Assembly (NCBI GenBank): GCA_965214775.1
Contig: OZ243974.1
Span: 704,001-768,000, forward strand
Direction of reading: 5' to 3'
Source of the DNA: Nitrosopumilus sp.
GTDB lineage: Archaea > Thermoproteota > Nitrososphaeria > Nitrososphaerales > Nitrosopumilaceae
Length of the DNA stretch: 64,000 nucleotides
The notes beneath the pieces are model-generated. The model was not told where the DNA came from. It saw only the letters and a list, made by a program, of their open reading frames with translations, and searched no databases. The translations under genes and the position numbers were made by a program. This document shows, piece after piece, positions 40,852-50,219 of the stretch. The stretch's first letter is position 1; each line of letters begins with the position of its first letter.

Positions 40852-41621
40852 ATGGAAACGAACACCATCAATGACGCTAGTCGCGTAAGTTCGTTGGTTG
40901 CCCCAAGAACATCGCCTGTAATGCCGCCAAAACTACGAGTTGAAATCGCAAGCAGGAACAGAGTAAAAGTCACCGTTATGCCAAGCATGACCAGGCCTGC
41001 CGTTTGGCCAACTAGCAGTACTGGGACAATCATTATCAAAAAGGCTGCGCCAAGCCTTCGCTTATCCTTCATAGCAGAGACAAATGGAGAACCGGATCCC
41101 AAGGAGGCGGAATTTCCCAGGCCTGCCATTAAGACCATTGAAAATTTTGCCAGAATTTCGCTGATGAGAATCGCCCTGAAGAGATCAAGTCCGGAGGTCA
41201 GTGAAACCGTCATAACTAATCCAGCCAGGTACAGCACCGTTGCTACAATGCCGGCAGATCCCGTGTTTAGATCCCTCATTGCAGAAATTTTCTTGTCCTT
41301 GCCTCCTTTTGCCATCAGGCCATCTGCAAAATCGGCCAGCCCATCTGCATGGTGAACCCCAGTCACTATAGCCAGAGATGTAACGACAAGCAGACTGACA
41401 ATCAACGGATCAAAGACAAATGACAAACCAAGTCCAAACGAACCGACTAGCATTCCTATTGCAATGCCGGCAATTGGAAATACGTGCATGTACTTTGCAA
41501 TGTTTTCTATTGTTGCATTTGATGATGGTGATGGTGATGGTGATGGTGATGGTGATGGTGATGGTGATGGTGATGGAAATATTGTCAGAAATGAAAAAAC
41601 ATAGCCAATTTCCCTAAGCAT
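40848..41621 (-). CDS. cobS: Adenosylcobinamide-GDP ribazoletransferase
   Basis: HHADGLADFADG, AMRD..GSAG, GGITGDVLGA..E. Confidence 0.92.
   Translation of the reverse strand: MLREIGYVFSFLTIFPSPSPSPSPSPSPSPSPSSNATIENIAKYMHVFPIAGIAIGMLVGSFGLGLSFVFDPLIVSLLVVTSLAIVTGVHHADGLADFADGLMAKGGKDKKISAMRDLNTGSAGIVATVLYLAGLVMTVSLTSGLDLFRAILISEILAKFSMVLMAGLGNSASLGSGSPFVSAMKDKRRLGAAFLIMIVPVLLVGQTAGLVMLGITVTFTLFLLAISTRSFGGITGDVLGATNELTRLASLMVFVSI
41524..41576. repeat. (GATGGT)x8.8 microsatellite encoding (Pro-Ser)9 in CobS
   Basis: Perfect hexamer tandem array. Confidence 0.95.
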
Positions 41622-42567
41622 AAATCCACCATCCCAGCAAATACAAGATTGCCATCATCGGAATTACAATTATTCCAAAAAACAGCAACGAGGTAACCTT
41701 CATTAACGAAATTGCAGAATGAACATGCTGCTTGGACAGCGGAGCTTCCCTGTCTCCCAGCTGGTAATGATCAATTTTTTCAAATTTCGTGCCAAGGGCG
41801 CCGGCCAATGCAGCCATTGTATATCCGGCATTGGGACTTTCTGTTTTCCTGCAATCACGCACCATCGTATTATAGGATTCTTTCCAGTTGTTTTGTAAAA
41901 GTGCAGCGGCAATTATCATCACAAGTCCCGTAAGCCGGGAAGGGATGTAATTGATAACAGTATCGCACTTTGCGGCAAACCATCCAATGTTTTGGAACAA
42001 ATCAGTCTTGTATCCTATCATAGAGTCTGCAGTGTTGATAACTCGATAGACAAATGCCCCCGGGAGCCCGAATAGCCCATAATAGAACAGCGGACCGGTG
42101 ATTCCATCCACGGTGTTCTCGCCAATGCTCTCAAGCACGCCTGAAATCACGTGATCCCGGTCTAGTTTTGAGGTATCGCGCTTGACAATCATCGATAGGC
42201 TGTCCCTGGCGCCATCCAGTCTGCCTGCATCAAGGGAATCCAAGACCGCCCTAGCATGGATTTCCATTCCGCGAATTGCAAAAGTTGTTTTTGCCAAGAC
42301 CCCGCCAACAACCACAGATACGGCTGCCGAAATCACATGGTCTGGTATAAGCGAAAAGCCATAGACTATCCCAAGAGTCATTATCAGGACAATTCCTGCC
42401 GTAACGCTTACTATCACTACTCCTCCAATCTTTTCAACGGTGCGGCTTTGATTTTTTGCAATTGGAGCCAGCTTTGCAATGCAATTTCCCATCCATGCAG
42501 TGGGGTGATACCGGTTTTTGGGATCCCCAAACTTGAGATCCAGTAATATCGCAAGCCCGGCTGCCAA
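41614..42567 (-). CDS. cbiB: Adenosylcobinamide-phosphate synthase CbiB
   Basis: GDP..HP, ENTVDG, YRVINTADSMIGY, SPNAG. Confidence 0.92.
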   Translation of the reverse strand: MAAGLAILLDLKFGDPKNRYHPTAWMGNCIAKLAPIAKNQSRTVEKIGGVVIVSVTAGIVLIMTLGIVYGFSLIPDHVISAAVSVVVGGVLAKTTFAIRGMEIHARAVLDSLDAGRLDGARDSLSMIVKRDTSKLDRDHVISGVLESIGENTVDGITGPLFYYGLFGLPGAFVYRVINTADSMIGYKTDLFQNIGWFAAKCDTVINYIPSRLTGLVMIIAAALLQNNWKESYNTMVRDCRKTESPNAGYTMAALAGALGTKFEKIDHYQLGDREAPLSKQHVHSAISLMKVTSLLFFGIIVIPMMAILYLLGWWIYA

Positions 42568-42581
42568 AATGGATTCCAGAA

Positions 42582-43421
42582 TCAGTTTATCATCCTCTCT
42601 ATTGCTTTGATGTCAAGGTTGGATTTGACAGTTTTTGCCAGTTTGTCCAATTCGCTATCAATTTTTGAGAGATTTTTTTTGTTCCAAACAATGTCTTTTG
42701 GTTTTGCGTGCAGTGAGTCTTCTTCAGGCAGTCCAATGTCAATGGCAGGAACGGTTCCCAGCACGGGAAGCCTTGTAATTTTTTTGAGTTTTGAGAATCC
42801 CGGCTTTAGGACGTCAGGATCTCCGCGGAACTTGTTAAAGATAAATCCCCTGACTAATTTTCGGTATCTTTTTTCCAGCAGCGACATTGTTCCGACAATG
42901 CTTGCAAAAGATCCCCCCCTGTCAACATCAGAAACCAAGAGTACGGATGCGTTTGCCCTAGATGCGATCTTCATGTTTGCAATGTCGTATTTCTGCAGAT
43001 TAATTTCGGCAGGGGAACCTGCACCCTCTAAGATTACAAAGTCAAAATTTTTCTGCAGGGCTTTCAAAGAGTCTGTTGCAATCTTTATCCCCTTGGAATT
43101 TGCAAATTTTTCATAGTAGTCCTTTGCGTGCATTTTCTTGCAACGTTTCCCATCAAGATACACCATGCTATAGTAATTTCCAAGGGGCTTTAGCAGAATG
43201 GGATTCAGCTTGGGCGTGATTTTGCACCTGGCCCCTATTGCCTGAACGGCTTGCGCCCGTGAAATCTCAAACTCGGGCGTAAAATAGGCGTAGTTTGACA
43301 TGTTCTGGGATTTGTACGGGGCCACCCGGTATCCCATGTCAGAAAAGATCCGACACAGGGCTGCCACCATGGTCGTTTTGCCCGAACCAGAGGACGTCCC
43401 CTGAATCATCAGCGATTTCAT
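42582..43421 (-). CDS. cbiP: Cobyric acid synthase (N-terminal synthase domain only)
   Basis: QGTSSGSGKT, PYKSQNMS, EGAGSPAEINL, NKFRGD, EEDS. Confidence 0.88.
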   Translation of the reverse strand: MKSLMIQGTSSGSGKTTMVAALCRIFSDMGYRVAPYKSQNMSNYAYFTPEFEISRAQAVQAIGARCKITPKLNPILLKPLGNYYSMVYLDGKRCKKMHAKDYYEKFANSKGIKIATDSLKALQKNFDFVILEGAGSPAEINLQKYDIANMKIASRANASVLLVSDVDRGGSFASIVGTMSLLEKRYRKLVRGFIFNKFRGDPDVLKPGFSKLKKITRLPVLGTVPAIDIGLPEEDSLHAKPKDIVWNKKNLSKIDSELDKLAKTVKSNLDIKAIERMIN

Positions 43422-44497
43422 GCCAAACCCTCCATTGCCAAAACCAGCTTTTGGTTCTCCTTGTGAGACTTTATTGCGACCCGAATGAAATTGCCGTCTA
43501 ATCCACGAAAGTTTTTGCAGTCACGGATCAAGATTTTCTTTTTTAGCAGCCTGTTCTGCAAAAGCGTGGAATTTTTTTTCGTTTTAATCAAAAGAAAAGC
43601 TGTGGCCGAACCATAACAATGAAAGCCATCAATTCCGTTAATCCTGTCTTGAAGAAAGGCGCTCTCCTTTTGGATCAGTTTTTTTGACGCAGAAAGGTAT
43701 TCCTTGTCTGACAGTGCGGCGATTCCGGCATCTTGAGCCAGGGAGTTCACACTCCAAGGAATTTTGATCTTTTTCAAGATTGAAATTGTGTCTTTAGAGC
43801 CTACTGCATAGCCGATTCTGATTCCAGGAATGCAAAAGGATTTTGTAAGTGATCGTAAGACAAGCAGATTGTCAAATCTTTTGACATCGTTTAAAATTGA
43901 CTCGTTTGAATGTGGGACCATCTCAATAAAACACTCATCTGCAAATACCATTGATGAGAGTTTTTTTGCAGCGCTGATTATTCTGCGCATTTGTTTGCGT
44001 GAGAGTATCGTTCCAGTAGGATTGTTCGGGTTGCAGACAAACACGAATCCCTTTCTCGGAATTTGTGAAACAAATGAGTCAATGTCTTCGGACAAATCCA
44101 TGGAATTGAAGAAAGTCAGCGATGCATTGTTCAGCAGGCAGGCCGATTCGTATTCTTGAAAAGTTGGAACCGCAATCAGGGCTTTGGAATTCTTGGACAT
44201 AAACGCCGAGCAGAAATCATAGATCAGTTCAACGGCACCATTACCTACAACAATGTTGGATTTTTCGAATTTCGTGTGTTTTTTGAGGCTTGAAAGAAGC
44301 AGATCAGAAGCAGGATCCGGATAGTCCTCAATTTTTTTGATATTTGCCTTTAGCCGGTCTCTTACGGACTTTGGACATCCCAACGGGTTCACATTTGAGC
44401 TGAAATCCAGCACGTCTGAGTCAAGATTTTTGGAGTTTTTTCCGCCATGAGATACCGGAGAATGTCTCAAGACGGAGGATTTTGCAGTTATCTTCAC
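43418..44497 (-). CDS. cobD: Threonine-phosphate decarboxylase
   Basis: HGG, DFSSNVNPLG, NPNNPTG, RSLTK.F.IPGIRIG. Confidence 0.88.
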   Translation of the reverse strand: MKITAKSSVLRHSPVSHGGKNSKNLDSDVLDFSSNVNPLGCPKSVRDRLKANIKKIEDYPDPASDLLLSSLKKHTKFEKSNIVVGNGAVELIYDFCSAFMSKNSKALIAVPTFQEYESACLLNNASLTFFNSMDLSEDIDSFVSQIPRKGFVFVCNPNNPTGTILSRKQMRRIISAAKKLSSMVFADECFIEMVPHSNESILNDVKRFDNLLVLRSLTKSFCIPGIRIGYAVGSKDTISILKKIKIPWSVNSLAQDAGIAALSDKEYLSASKKLIQKESAFLQDRINGIDGFHCYGSATAFLLIKTKKNSTLLQNRLLKKKILIRDCKNFRGLDGNFIRVAIKSHKENQKLVLAMEGLA

Positions 44498-44712
44498 AGT
44501 TCAGAATTGGTTTAGGCGATTTAGTATGTTTTGGTAGTTTGGCAGACACTGTCTTATACGGAAATTAGGTTCGCCTAAGACTTGGAAGAAAGCAAAGGAC
44601 TGCTTTAGGCTTTACCGATCAAGGGGACTGGTAGGTTAACGGGTGTTTCTTCTCTCTGGAAAGTGTAGGGTGCTGGCATTCTGGATTAGCGTCTTCCACT
44701 TGTTCTCACCCT

Positions 44713-44785
44713 GAGAGTTGATTCGAAATTGGCAGATTCTGATCATGTATAGACGAATTTGCGTCAATCGGTAGACGGAAATGCA
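44713..44785 (+). mobile_element. Partial family A MITE (left end, subfamily A')
   Basis: GAGAGTTGATTCGAAATTGGCAGATTCTGATCATGTATAG. Confidence 0.7.
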
Positions 44786-44976
44786 ACCCAGCAAAAGCCA
44801 CCACGATCCTACGGCGGTGGGCCGGCAAATCCGTACTCTGCAAGATTCCTTCCGGGTACATCAGTTTTTCAGTAAAATCAGGCATGAACAGGAAATTTGG
44901 ATGGATGTTTTACGCCTAGAAAGTTGAGAACATGATGTCGTACCCTTCAGGCAGAGCCGGGGTCGTATTTGATGGT

Positions 44977-45064
44977 CAGTGCGTACATCAAAAAAACGGA
45001 CCGTAATTTTGACATATCGTGTCTATTTCGATAAAAAATGTCCAGATTTCAACTGTGCGCACTA
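44977..45064 (+). mobile_element. MITE-like element, family B
   Basis: Near-identical to 163-252; ends AACTGTGCGCACTA. Confidence 0.85.
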
Positions 45065-45272
45065 CAGTCATGCGCCCCTCCCCACGTACCGTGCATTGTC
45101 CGTGTGTGTCAACTGATATCATGCGTGATATCCTCATAATCCCTTGCTTTTTTGGTCAGTCCGCCAATCATGTTGGTGATTTTTGGTCAGGTTTCAAATT
45201 TTAGGCACGGTCATGCAACAAAATATAATTCAGAAAACGATTATTAGTTAAAGGCGATCACATACCGGTATC

Positions 45273-46349
45273 ATGGATAAAAAAAGGGTTGCAATCATCG
45301 GTGTTACCGGATCTGTGGGACAAGAGTTTGTCCAATCCTTAGACAGCCATCCATGGTTTGAAGTAACCCAAATTGCAGCATCTGAGCGCTCTGCAGGCAA
45401 GACCTATCTTGATGCCATTAGAAATGAAGGTGGAATTATTATGTGGGATGTTGGCGGGGAGATCCCAGAATACGTCAAATCGATGACTGTCAAAAGAATA
45501 GACGAGCTTGATACGTCACAACTAGACTTGGTATTTTCAGCAGTCGAGTCACAGGCTGCAAGAGACATTGAGACTAGAATGGCTGCAGAATTGCCAGTTA
45601 TTTCAACCAGTTCTGCATACAGATACGAAGAAGACGTCCCTATTCTCATTCCAGGGGTAAATGATGAGCAAGCCGACTTGATTGAGACGCAGAAGAAAAA
45701 CCGAAACTGGAAAGGATTTGTTGCCCCGCTGCCAAACTGCACCACTACAGGATTGGCAATTACGCTAAAGCCGTTACTTGAAAAATATGGCGCAAAGAAA
45801 GTCATGATGACGTCCATGCAGGCAATTTCCGGTGGCGGAAAATCCGGCGTTTCTGCCATGGGAATCACAGACAACATTTTGCCGTACATTCCCAAAGAGG
45901 AAGGCAAAGTCAGGCTAGAAACAAGAAAGATCCTAGGAAAACTAAGGGACGGAAAGATTGAGGATGCAGATATCAGGGTTAGCTGTACATGCACCAGGGT
46001 TCCCGTAATTGACGGACATACGGAATCTGTCTTTGTTGAAACATCAGAGGACATTGATCCTTCAAAGGCAAAGGAGCTCTACAACAGCTACAATCAAAGC
46101 ATTTCTGTACAAGGACTGCCATCAGCCCCAAAAAAATACTATGCATTTCATGAAGATCCTACAAGACCCCAGCCGAGAATGGAGAGAACAGTAGGGGACG
46201 GAATGACTACAACGATTGGCAGAGTTGAGAAGGAAGAGCTGTTTGACAAGGGCCTAAAGTACATGCTGTTCTCCCACAACAAGAAGATGGGATCTGCAAA
46301 GGGTGCAGTCTTGTTGGCAGAGATGCTTTGCAAAAAAGGCAAAATTTAG
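45273..46349 (+). CDS. asd: Aspartate-semialdehyde dehydrogenase
   Basis: GVTGSVG, PNCTT, QAISGGG, RVPVIDGH, HN...GSA.GA. Confidence 0.93.
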   Translation: MDKKRVAIIGVTGSVGQEFVQSLDSHPWFEVTQIAASERSAGKTYLDAIRNEGGIIMWDVGGEIPEYVKSMTVKRIDELDTSQLDLVFSAVESQAARDIETRMAAELPVISTSSAYRYEEDVPILIPGVNDEQADLIETQKKNRNWKGFVAPLPNCTTTGLAITLKPLLEKYGAKKVMMTSMQAISGGGKSGVSAMGITDNILPYIPKEEGKVRLETRKILGKLRDGKIEDADIRVSCTCTRVPVIDGHTESVFVETSEDIDPSKAKELYNSYNQSISVQGLPSAPKKYYAFHEDPTRPQPRMERTVGDGMTTTIGRVEKEELFDKGLKYMLFSHNKKMGSAKGAVLLAEMLCKKGKI

Positions 46350-46420
46350 ACATTTTTTTGCAATTTTTTCAATAATAGCTTTATAAGATCCAGAAATCTA
46401 GATTGGCTCGGGTGTCTTAA

Positions 46421-46888
46421 ACGGCAAAAGTAGATGATCTAGATTTACAGATTCTATCAGAATTATCTAATGACGCCTCAATTTCTGTGCCACGATTATC
46501 AAAGAAAATCAATGTGAACTCGTCAGTTGTTTATTCTAGAATCAAGAGACTGGTAAAGAGAAAGCTGATTGAACGGTTTACAGTTGTAGTAAATGATCCC
46601 GAACTGGGGTATAGTGTCAAGGCCCTCACAGGAATCAACATGGATACCAAAAAGCGGGATCACATTATTGACGAGTTGTTCAAGATTGACGGAGTAAGGG
46701 AAGTAGCAGAAGTCACCGGAAGATTCGATATTCTCGTAACAATGTATTCAAGATCCTTGGATCAAATGCACAAAATGGTCTCTGAAAAAATAGGAAGAAT
46801 CGAGGGAGTTCAATCCTCAGAGTCGTTTATCGAGATGAAGTCACGAACAAAAGCAATGCCATATATGCCATCAAAGAACGGGGAATAG
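46421..46888 (+). CDS. Lrp/AsnC family transcriptional regulator (apparent ACG start)
   Basis: In-frame (T)AKVDDLDLQILSELSNDASISVPRLSKKI HTH; EVTGRFDIL effector domain. Confidence 0.85.
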   Translation, partial: TAKVDDLDLQILSELSNDASISVPRLSKKINVNSSVVYSRIKRLVKRKLIERFTVVVNDPELGYSVKALTGINMDTKKRDHIIDELFKIDGVREVAEVTGRFDILVTMYSRSLDQMHKMVSEKIGRIEGVQSSESFIEMKSRTKAMPYMPSKNGE

Positions 46889-46890
46889 CA

Positions 46891-47820
46891 TTGCAAAAAC
46901 AAAAGTCAGAATCCCGGGTTGCAGTGTATTATGAACTAACAAAACCAAAAATTTGGTATTTGCTGGTATTTACGGGGTTTGGAGCGGCCTTGACTGCCTC
47001 CAACATTTACGGAATTGATATTTCCCTTCCGACTTGGGCATTGATGATATTTTCAATTGCAGCAGGCTCTGCTGCAGCAAACACCTTGACAAATTATCAT
47101 GACAGGGACATTGATGCCGTTATGGAGAGAACAAAGGGAAGGCCGCTTCCATCAAAAAGGATTCATCCGGCCGTCAAAGCAAGGAACTTTGGACTGGTTT
47201 TGGCAGGAATTTCACTAGTTTTAGCATTTGGGATTTCGTTTACAACAACTTTGGAGCAGGGAGCGTGGGCTACTGCATTTATCGCGTTTGGATTGCTAAA
47301 CAACGTGCTTGTCTACTCTTATGCATTGAAACGAAATTCAAGGACAAACATTATTCTTGGAGGCTTGTGCGGGGGCTCGCCGCCGATGATTGGTTGGGTT
47401 GCCGTAACAATGTCGGATTTGTGGACGATGGGACTTGCGATGGCCGGACTGGTGTTTATTTGGATCCCAATGCACATTTGGGCATTAACCCTGCATTTCA
47501 GAGAAGACTACAACAAGGTAAACGTGCCAATGCTGACTGCCGTGCAGTCCGAGAAGACATCGGCAAGAGCAATCGCACTGTCGACAGTAGTCATGGTGTT
47601 ATTCTCAATTGCGCCATTCTTTATCACTGCAGAAAACGGCGAGCCGATGGTTGGAGGTACATATCTTTGGACTGCTGTTGCGTCAGGAACGTTGATGGTT
47701 GCGTTATCGGCATGGGTCATTGCAAGACCGATGGAAAAAGCTTCGTGGACCTTGTTCAAATTCTCTAGTCCGTATCTTGCAGTACTGTTTATTGCATTAA
47801 TGGTGGATTCGGCATTATAA
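46891..47820 (+). CDS. ctaB: Protoheme IX farnesyltransferase
   Basis: LTKPKI, DRDID.VM.RT..RPLP, W.PMH.W.L, DY....PML. Confidence 0.93.
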   Translation: MQKQKSESRVAVYYELTKPKIWYLLVFTGFGAALTASNIYGIDISLPTWALMIFSIAAGSAAANTLTNYHDRDIDAVMERTKGRPLPSKRIHPAVKARNFGLVLAGISLVLAFGISFTTTLEQGAWATAFIAFGLLNNVLVYSYALKRNSRTNIILGGLCGGSPPMIGWVAVTMSDLWTMGLAMAGLVFIWIPMHIWALTLHFREDYNKVNVPMLTAVQSEKTSARAIALSTVVMVLFSIAPFFITAENGEPMVGGTYLWTAVASGTLMVALSAWVIARPMEKASWTLFKFSSPYLAVLFIALMVDSAL

Positions 47821-48036
47821 CAAGATGTTATTTTCATCCAGACTGTTCAATTTTTTTGTAATTGACTCGTGCTTTTGAACCATTTTCTTCAGCTCGTTTT
47901 GCAGGTTTGCTGATTGCCATTCAGACCTGATCAGGGCCGAGACTTTGGAGACAATGCTCCATTGAATGTTGCTTTGTTCATCAATTAATTCCAAGAACCG
48001 TTTTCCCTTCTCGTCGTTGTTATCATCATCATTCAC
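47815..48036 (-). CDS. Small hypothetical helical protein
   Basis: 73-aa amphipathic helical ORF, convergent with ctaB. Confidence 0.65.
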   Translation of the reverse strand: MNDDDNNDEKGKRFLELIDEQSNIQWSIVSKVSALIRSEWQSANLQNELKKMVQKHESITKKLNSLDENNILL

Positions 48037-48125
48037 AGGATTCCTGTGGGGTGCCGTTGATAAAAAGCTAGCCAGGTAATGTCATTATTTCAAAGTTTTA
48101 TTAAAGCAGATATCAAAGACCGTTC

Positions 48126-48281
48126 ATGCAGTGCAGTATTTCAGAATGCAAACTAAAATCAGTAAAAACAGTGAAAATAAGTTTCAAGGAAACGAGAAAT
48201 CTTTGTAAAAGGCATTACGAGCTGTTCATCTCAAAAAATATGACTCATCCCACAAAATTTATTAGAGCATCTCAAATCTAG
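48126..48281 (+). CDS. Small putative Zn-binding protein (51 aa; below the ORF-track cutoff)
   Basis: MQCSISECKLK...RNLCKRHYELF (Cx4C...CxxH); TATA-like TTTTATTA upstream. Confidence 0.65.
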   Translation: MQCSISECKLKSVKTVKISFKETRNLCKRHYELFISKNMTHPTKFIRASQI

Positions 48282-48347
48282 TTTCTGCTTTTCAAACAAT
48301 GATGGAATTGCTGAAAGATTTAACATCTACCTTTTTTCAATTAATTC

Positions 48348-48839
48348 ATGGCTGCAAAGAAAAAGACTCCTGCAAAGAAAACAGCTGCAAAGAAAAAGAC
48401 TCCTGCAAAGAAAACAGCTGCCAAACCAAAAAAGCAAACAAAAGCAGCCTCAAAGAAACCAGAATTTGACAAAGCGTGGAGAGAGTATAATGCTGCGTTA
48501 AATGGATGGAAAGAGTCCCTTGCACAATGGCAAAAAGCCACCAGTGAAGCCTTGGTGACATATCATAATGCCTGTCAAAAAGCCCTGGAATCAGATGCAG
48601 AGCTGCTGAAAAAAGTTAGCTCAAGCTGGGAAAGTACCTGGGAGGAGATAGGACCCGAATACATCAAACAGCAGACAAAGACGATGGAAAACATTTTCAA
48701 AGAAACAAACATTGAATCAGTCAAAAAATTTAACGAACAATGGGAAAAATTCCTCAAAACATCAGGAGCTGATTCTGTAAAGGCATACCAAGAGGCCATA
48801 AAAAGATTCAATCAAGCATGGCAATCTGGGCAAATGTAA
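48348..48839 (+). CDS. Hypothetical protein: Lys/Ala-rich tail plus Trp-rich amphipathic helices
   Basis: AAKKKTPAKKT x2 (33-bp duplication) followed by a helical domain. Confidence 0.8.
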   Translation: MAAKKKTPAKKTAAKKKTPAKKTAAKPKKQTKAASKKPEFDKAWREYNAALNGWKESLAQWQKATSEALVTYHNACQKALESDAELLKKVSSSWESTWEEIGPEYIKQQTKTMENIFKETNIESVKKFNEQWEKFLKTSGADSVKAYQEAIKRFNQAWQSGQM

Positions 48840-48850
48840 GCACTAAAAAA

Positions 48851-49744
48851 TTATTTCATTTTTACAATTCGAAAAACTTTACAATTACATACCGAACACC
48901 GACCCTTAATTGCAGGCCTTCCATTTTTCATTACTGTCTCTTCAGGCTCATTGATTTGCCTTTTAGTTTTGCACTTGACGCAATAGGCCTCAGGGCCGGC
49001 ATCTTTGGGCCGAACAGACTTGTCAGGCGTTTCCGGAGACAAACGGGGTTTTTCTTTCTTTATTGTTTCTAATTTTTTGTTTTGTTTTTGAGGTTTTGGT
49101 ATAATTTCATGTTCAACACCTGGTGCCTTTAGTTTTTCAATTCCCTTTTCTAATTCTTTTACATCGGCTAGCAAAGCTGGATCATTTTTGGATGTCTGAT
49201 TTTTTGCATTATCAGAAATTGCTTTCTCAAGTTCATCAATTTGATCTTGCAATAGTTCTAACTGAGAAAGTTGCTCTGTAGAAGCGCCTTCTTCTTCTTT
49301 GGTTTCTTCAATAACAGGCTCTGGAGCTAAATCTAATTCTTGAGGAAGTTCTTCTGATGATTTTTGCGGCAGTGAGCCTCTTGGACTTTGCGGTGCTGGT
49401 GCTGGTGCTGGTGCTGGTGCTGGTGCTGGTTCTTCAACAACGATAGATGATTCAGGCAAATCTCCAAGAAAATCAAGGTTAACCCTATTTCTGTCAATCC
49501 GCAAATACGGGTCACCGCCAATTGAAAATGCTTCAATTTTGTAACCTTTCTTCCAAGAATTTCTGGAACTGTAAAGAGTGGCGTATGTAAGGCCGTTTTT
49601 TATGTCAGATGCCATTGTAAGACGATCAATTGGAGTTCCTCTGGTGATTCCTTTTTCAGTGTCTTGGTGCCTTATTGCAGTACTGATCAGATGATTTTTG
49701 TCATAGATGACCTTGGAGATCATATAGTCAGCCCATTTTTCCAT
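48851..49744 (-). CDS. Hypothetical protein with C-terminal AYCVKCK Zn-ribbon (DUF5679-like) and PA linker
   Basis: WADY.IS.V.Y N-terminus, (PA)n linker, EAYCVKCK...NGRPAIKG.C..C. Confidence 0.82.
   Translation of the reverse strand: MEKWADYMISKVIYDKNHLISTAIRHQDTEKGITRGTPIDRLTMASDIKNGLTYATLYSSRNSWKKGYKIEAFSIGGDPYLRIDRNRVNLDFLGDLPESSIVVEEPAPAPAPAPAPAPQSPRGSLPQKSSEELPQELDLAPEPVIEETKEEEGASTEQLSQLELLQDQIDELEKAISDNAKNQTSKNDPALLADVKELEKGIEKLKAPGVEHEIIPKPQKQNKKLETIKKEKPRLSPETPDKSVRPKDAGPEAYCVKCKTKRQINEPEETVMKNGRPAIKGRCSVCNCKVFRIVKMK
49392..49430. repeat. (GGTGCT)x6.5 microsatellite encoding Pro-Ala repeats
   Basis: Perfect hexamer tandem array. Confidence 0.93.
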
Positions 49745-49842
49745 TACAAAAAATAATGACAGTCTCCTAATAAATAAGCGAAATATTTTAGGGGATCCTT
49801 TTAGGCTCAAATAAGATTATAATTGGATACGGATAACCTTCC

Positions 49843-50217
49843 ATGTTGGAAATCTCCGTAGAGCCTTGGAAGAAGTTAGTGATTCATGAAGTCATTGAAT
49901 ACAAATTTGACGATTGGGTAAAACAGATTGCGTTTAGCACTCGCTCTTCAGGAGGCGCCATACCTACGATGCAATGGACAAACGGCATAGTTTTTTCACC
50001 GGCAAACTTTCCGACAACAAATGCAACCATTGAAGAACAGCTCAAGGGAACGCTTCACTGGTCTTCAGTATCATTTGCAATTAAAGAAAAATTTGAAAAA
50101 CAGATTGTCAAGGAAAACGCAACGATTAATTTAGTTGATGTAAGCGTAAATGAAATTTTTAAAGAACTGTCCATTACGTTGAAATCCCAGTCAAAATATG
50201 CAAATAGCGAAAATTAG
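49843..50217 (+). CDS. Hypothetical protein
   Basis: 124-aa ORF, operon-like with the next ORF. Confidence 0.8.
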   Translation: MLEISVEPWKKLVIHEVIEYKFDDWVKQIAFSTRSSGGAIPTMQWTNGIVFSPANFPTTNATIEEQLKGTLHWSSVSFAIKEKFEKQIVKENATINLVDVSVNEIFKELSITLKSQSKYANSEN

Positions 50218-50219
50218 GC

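Noticed and set aside
44500-44710. Possible cobalamin riboswitch upstream of the cob operon
   Set aside because: No B12-box or conserved core recognisable on the minus strand.
45404-46054. Long antisense ORFs over asd and other housekeeping genes (e.g. 6633-7217, 40756-41355)
   Set aside because: Shadow frames opposite well-supported genes, with no motifs.
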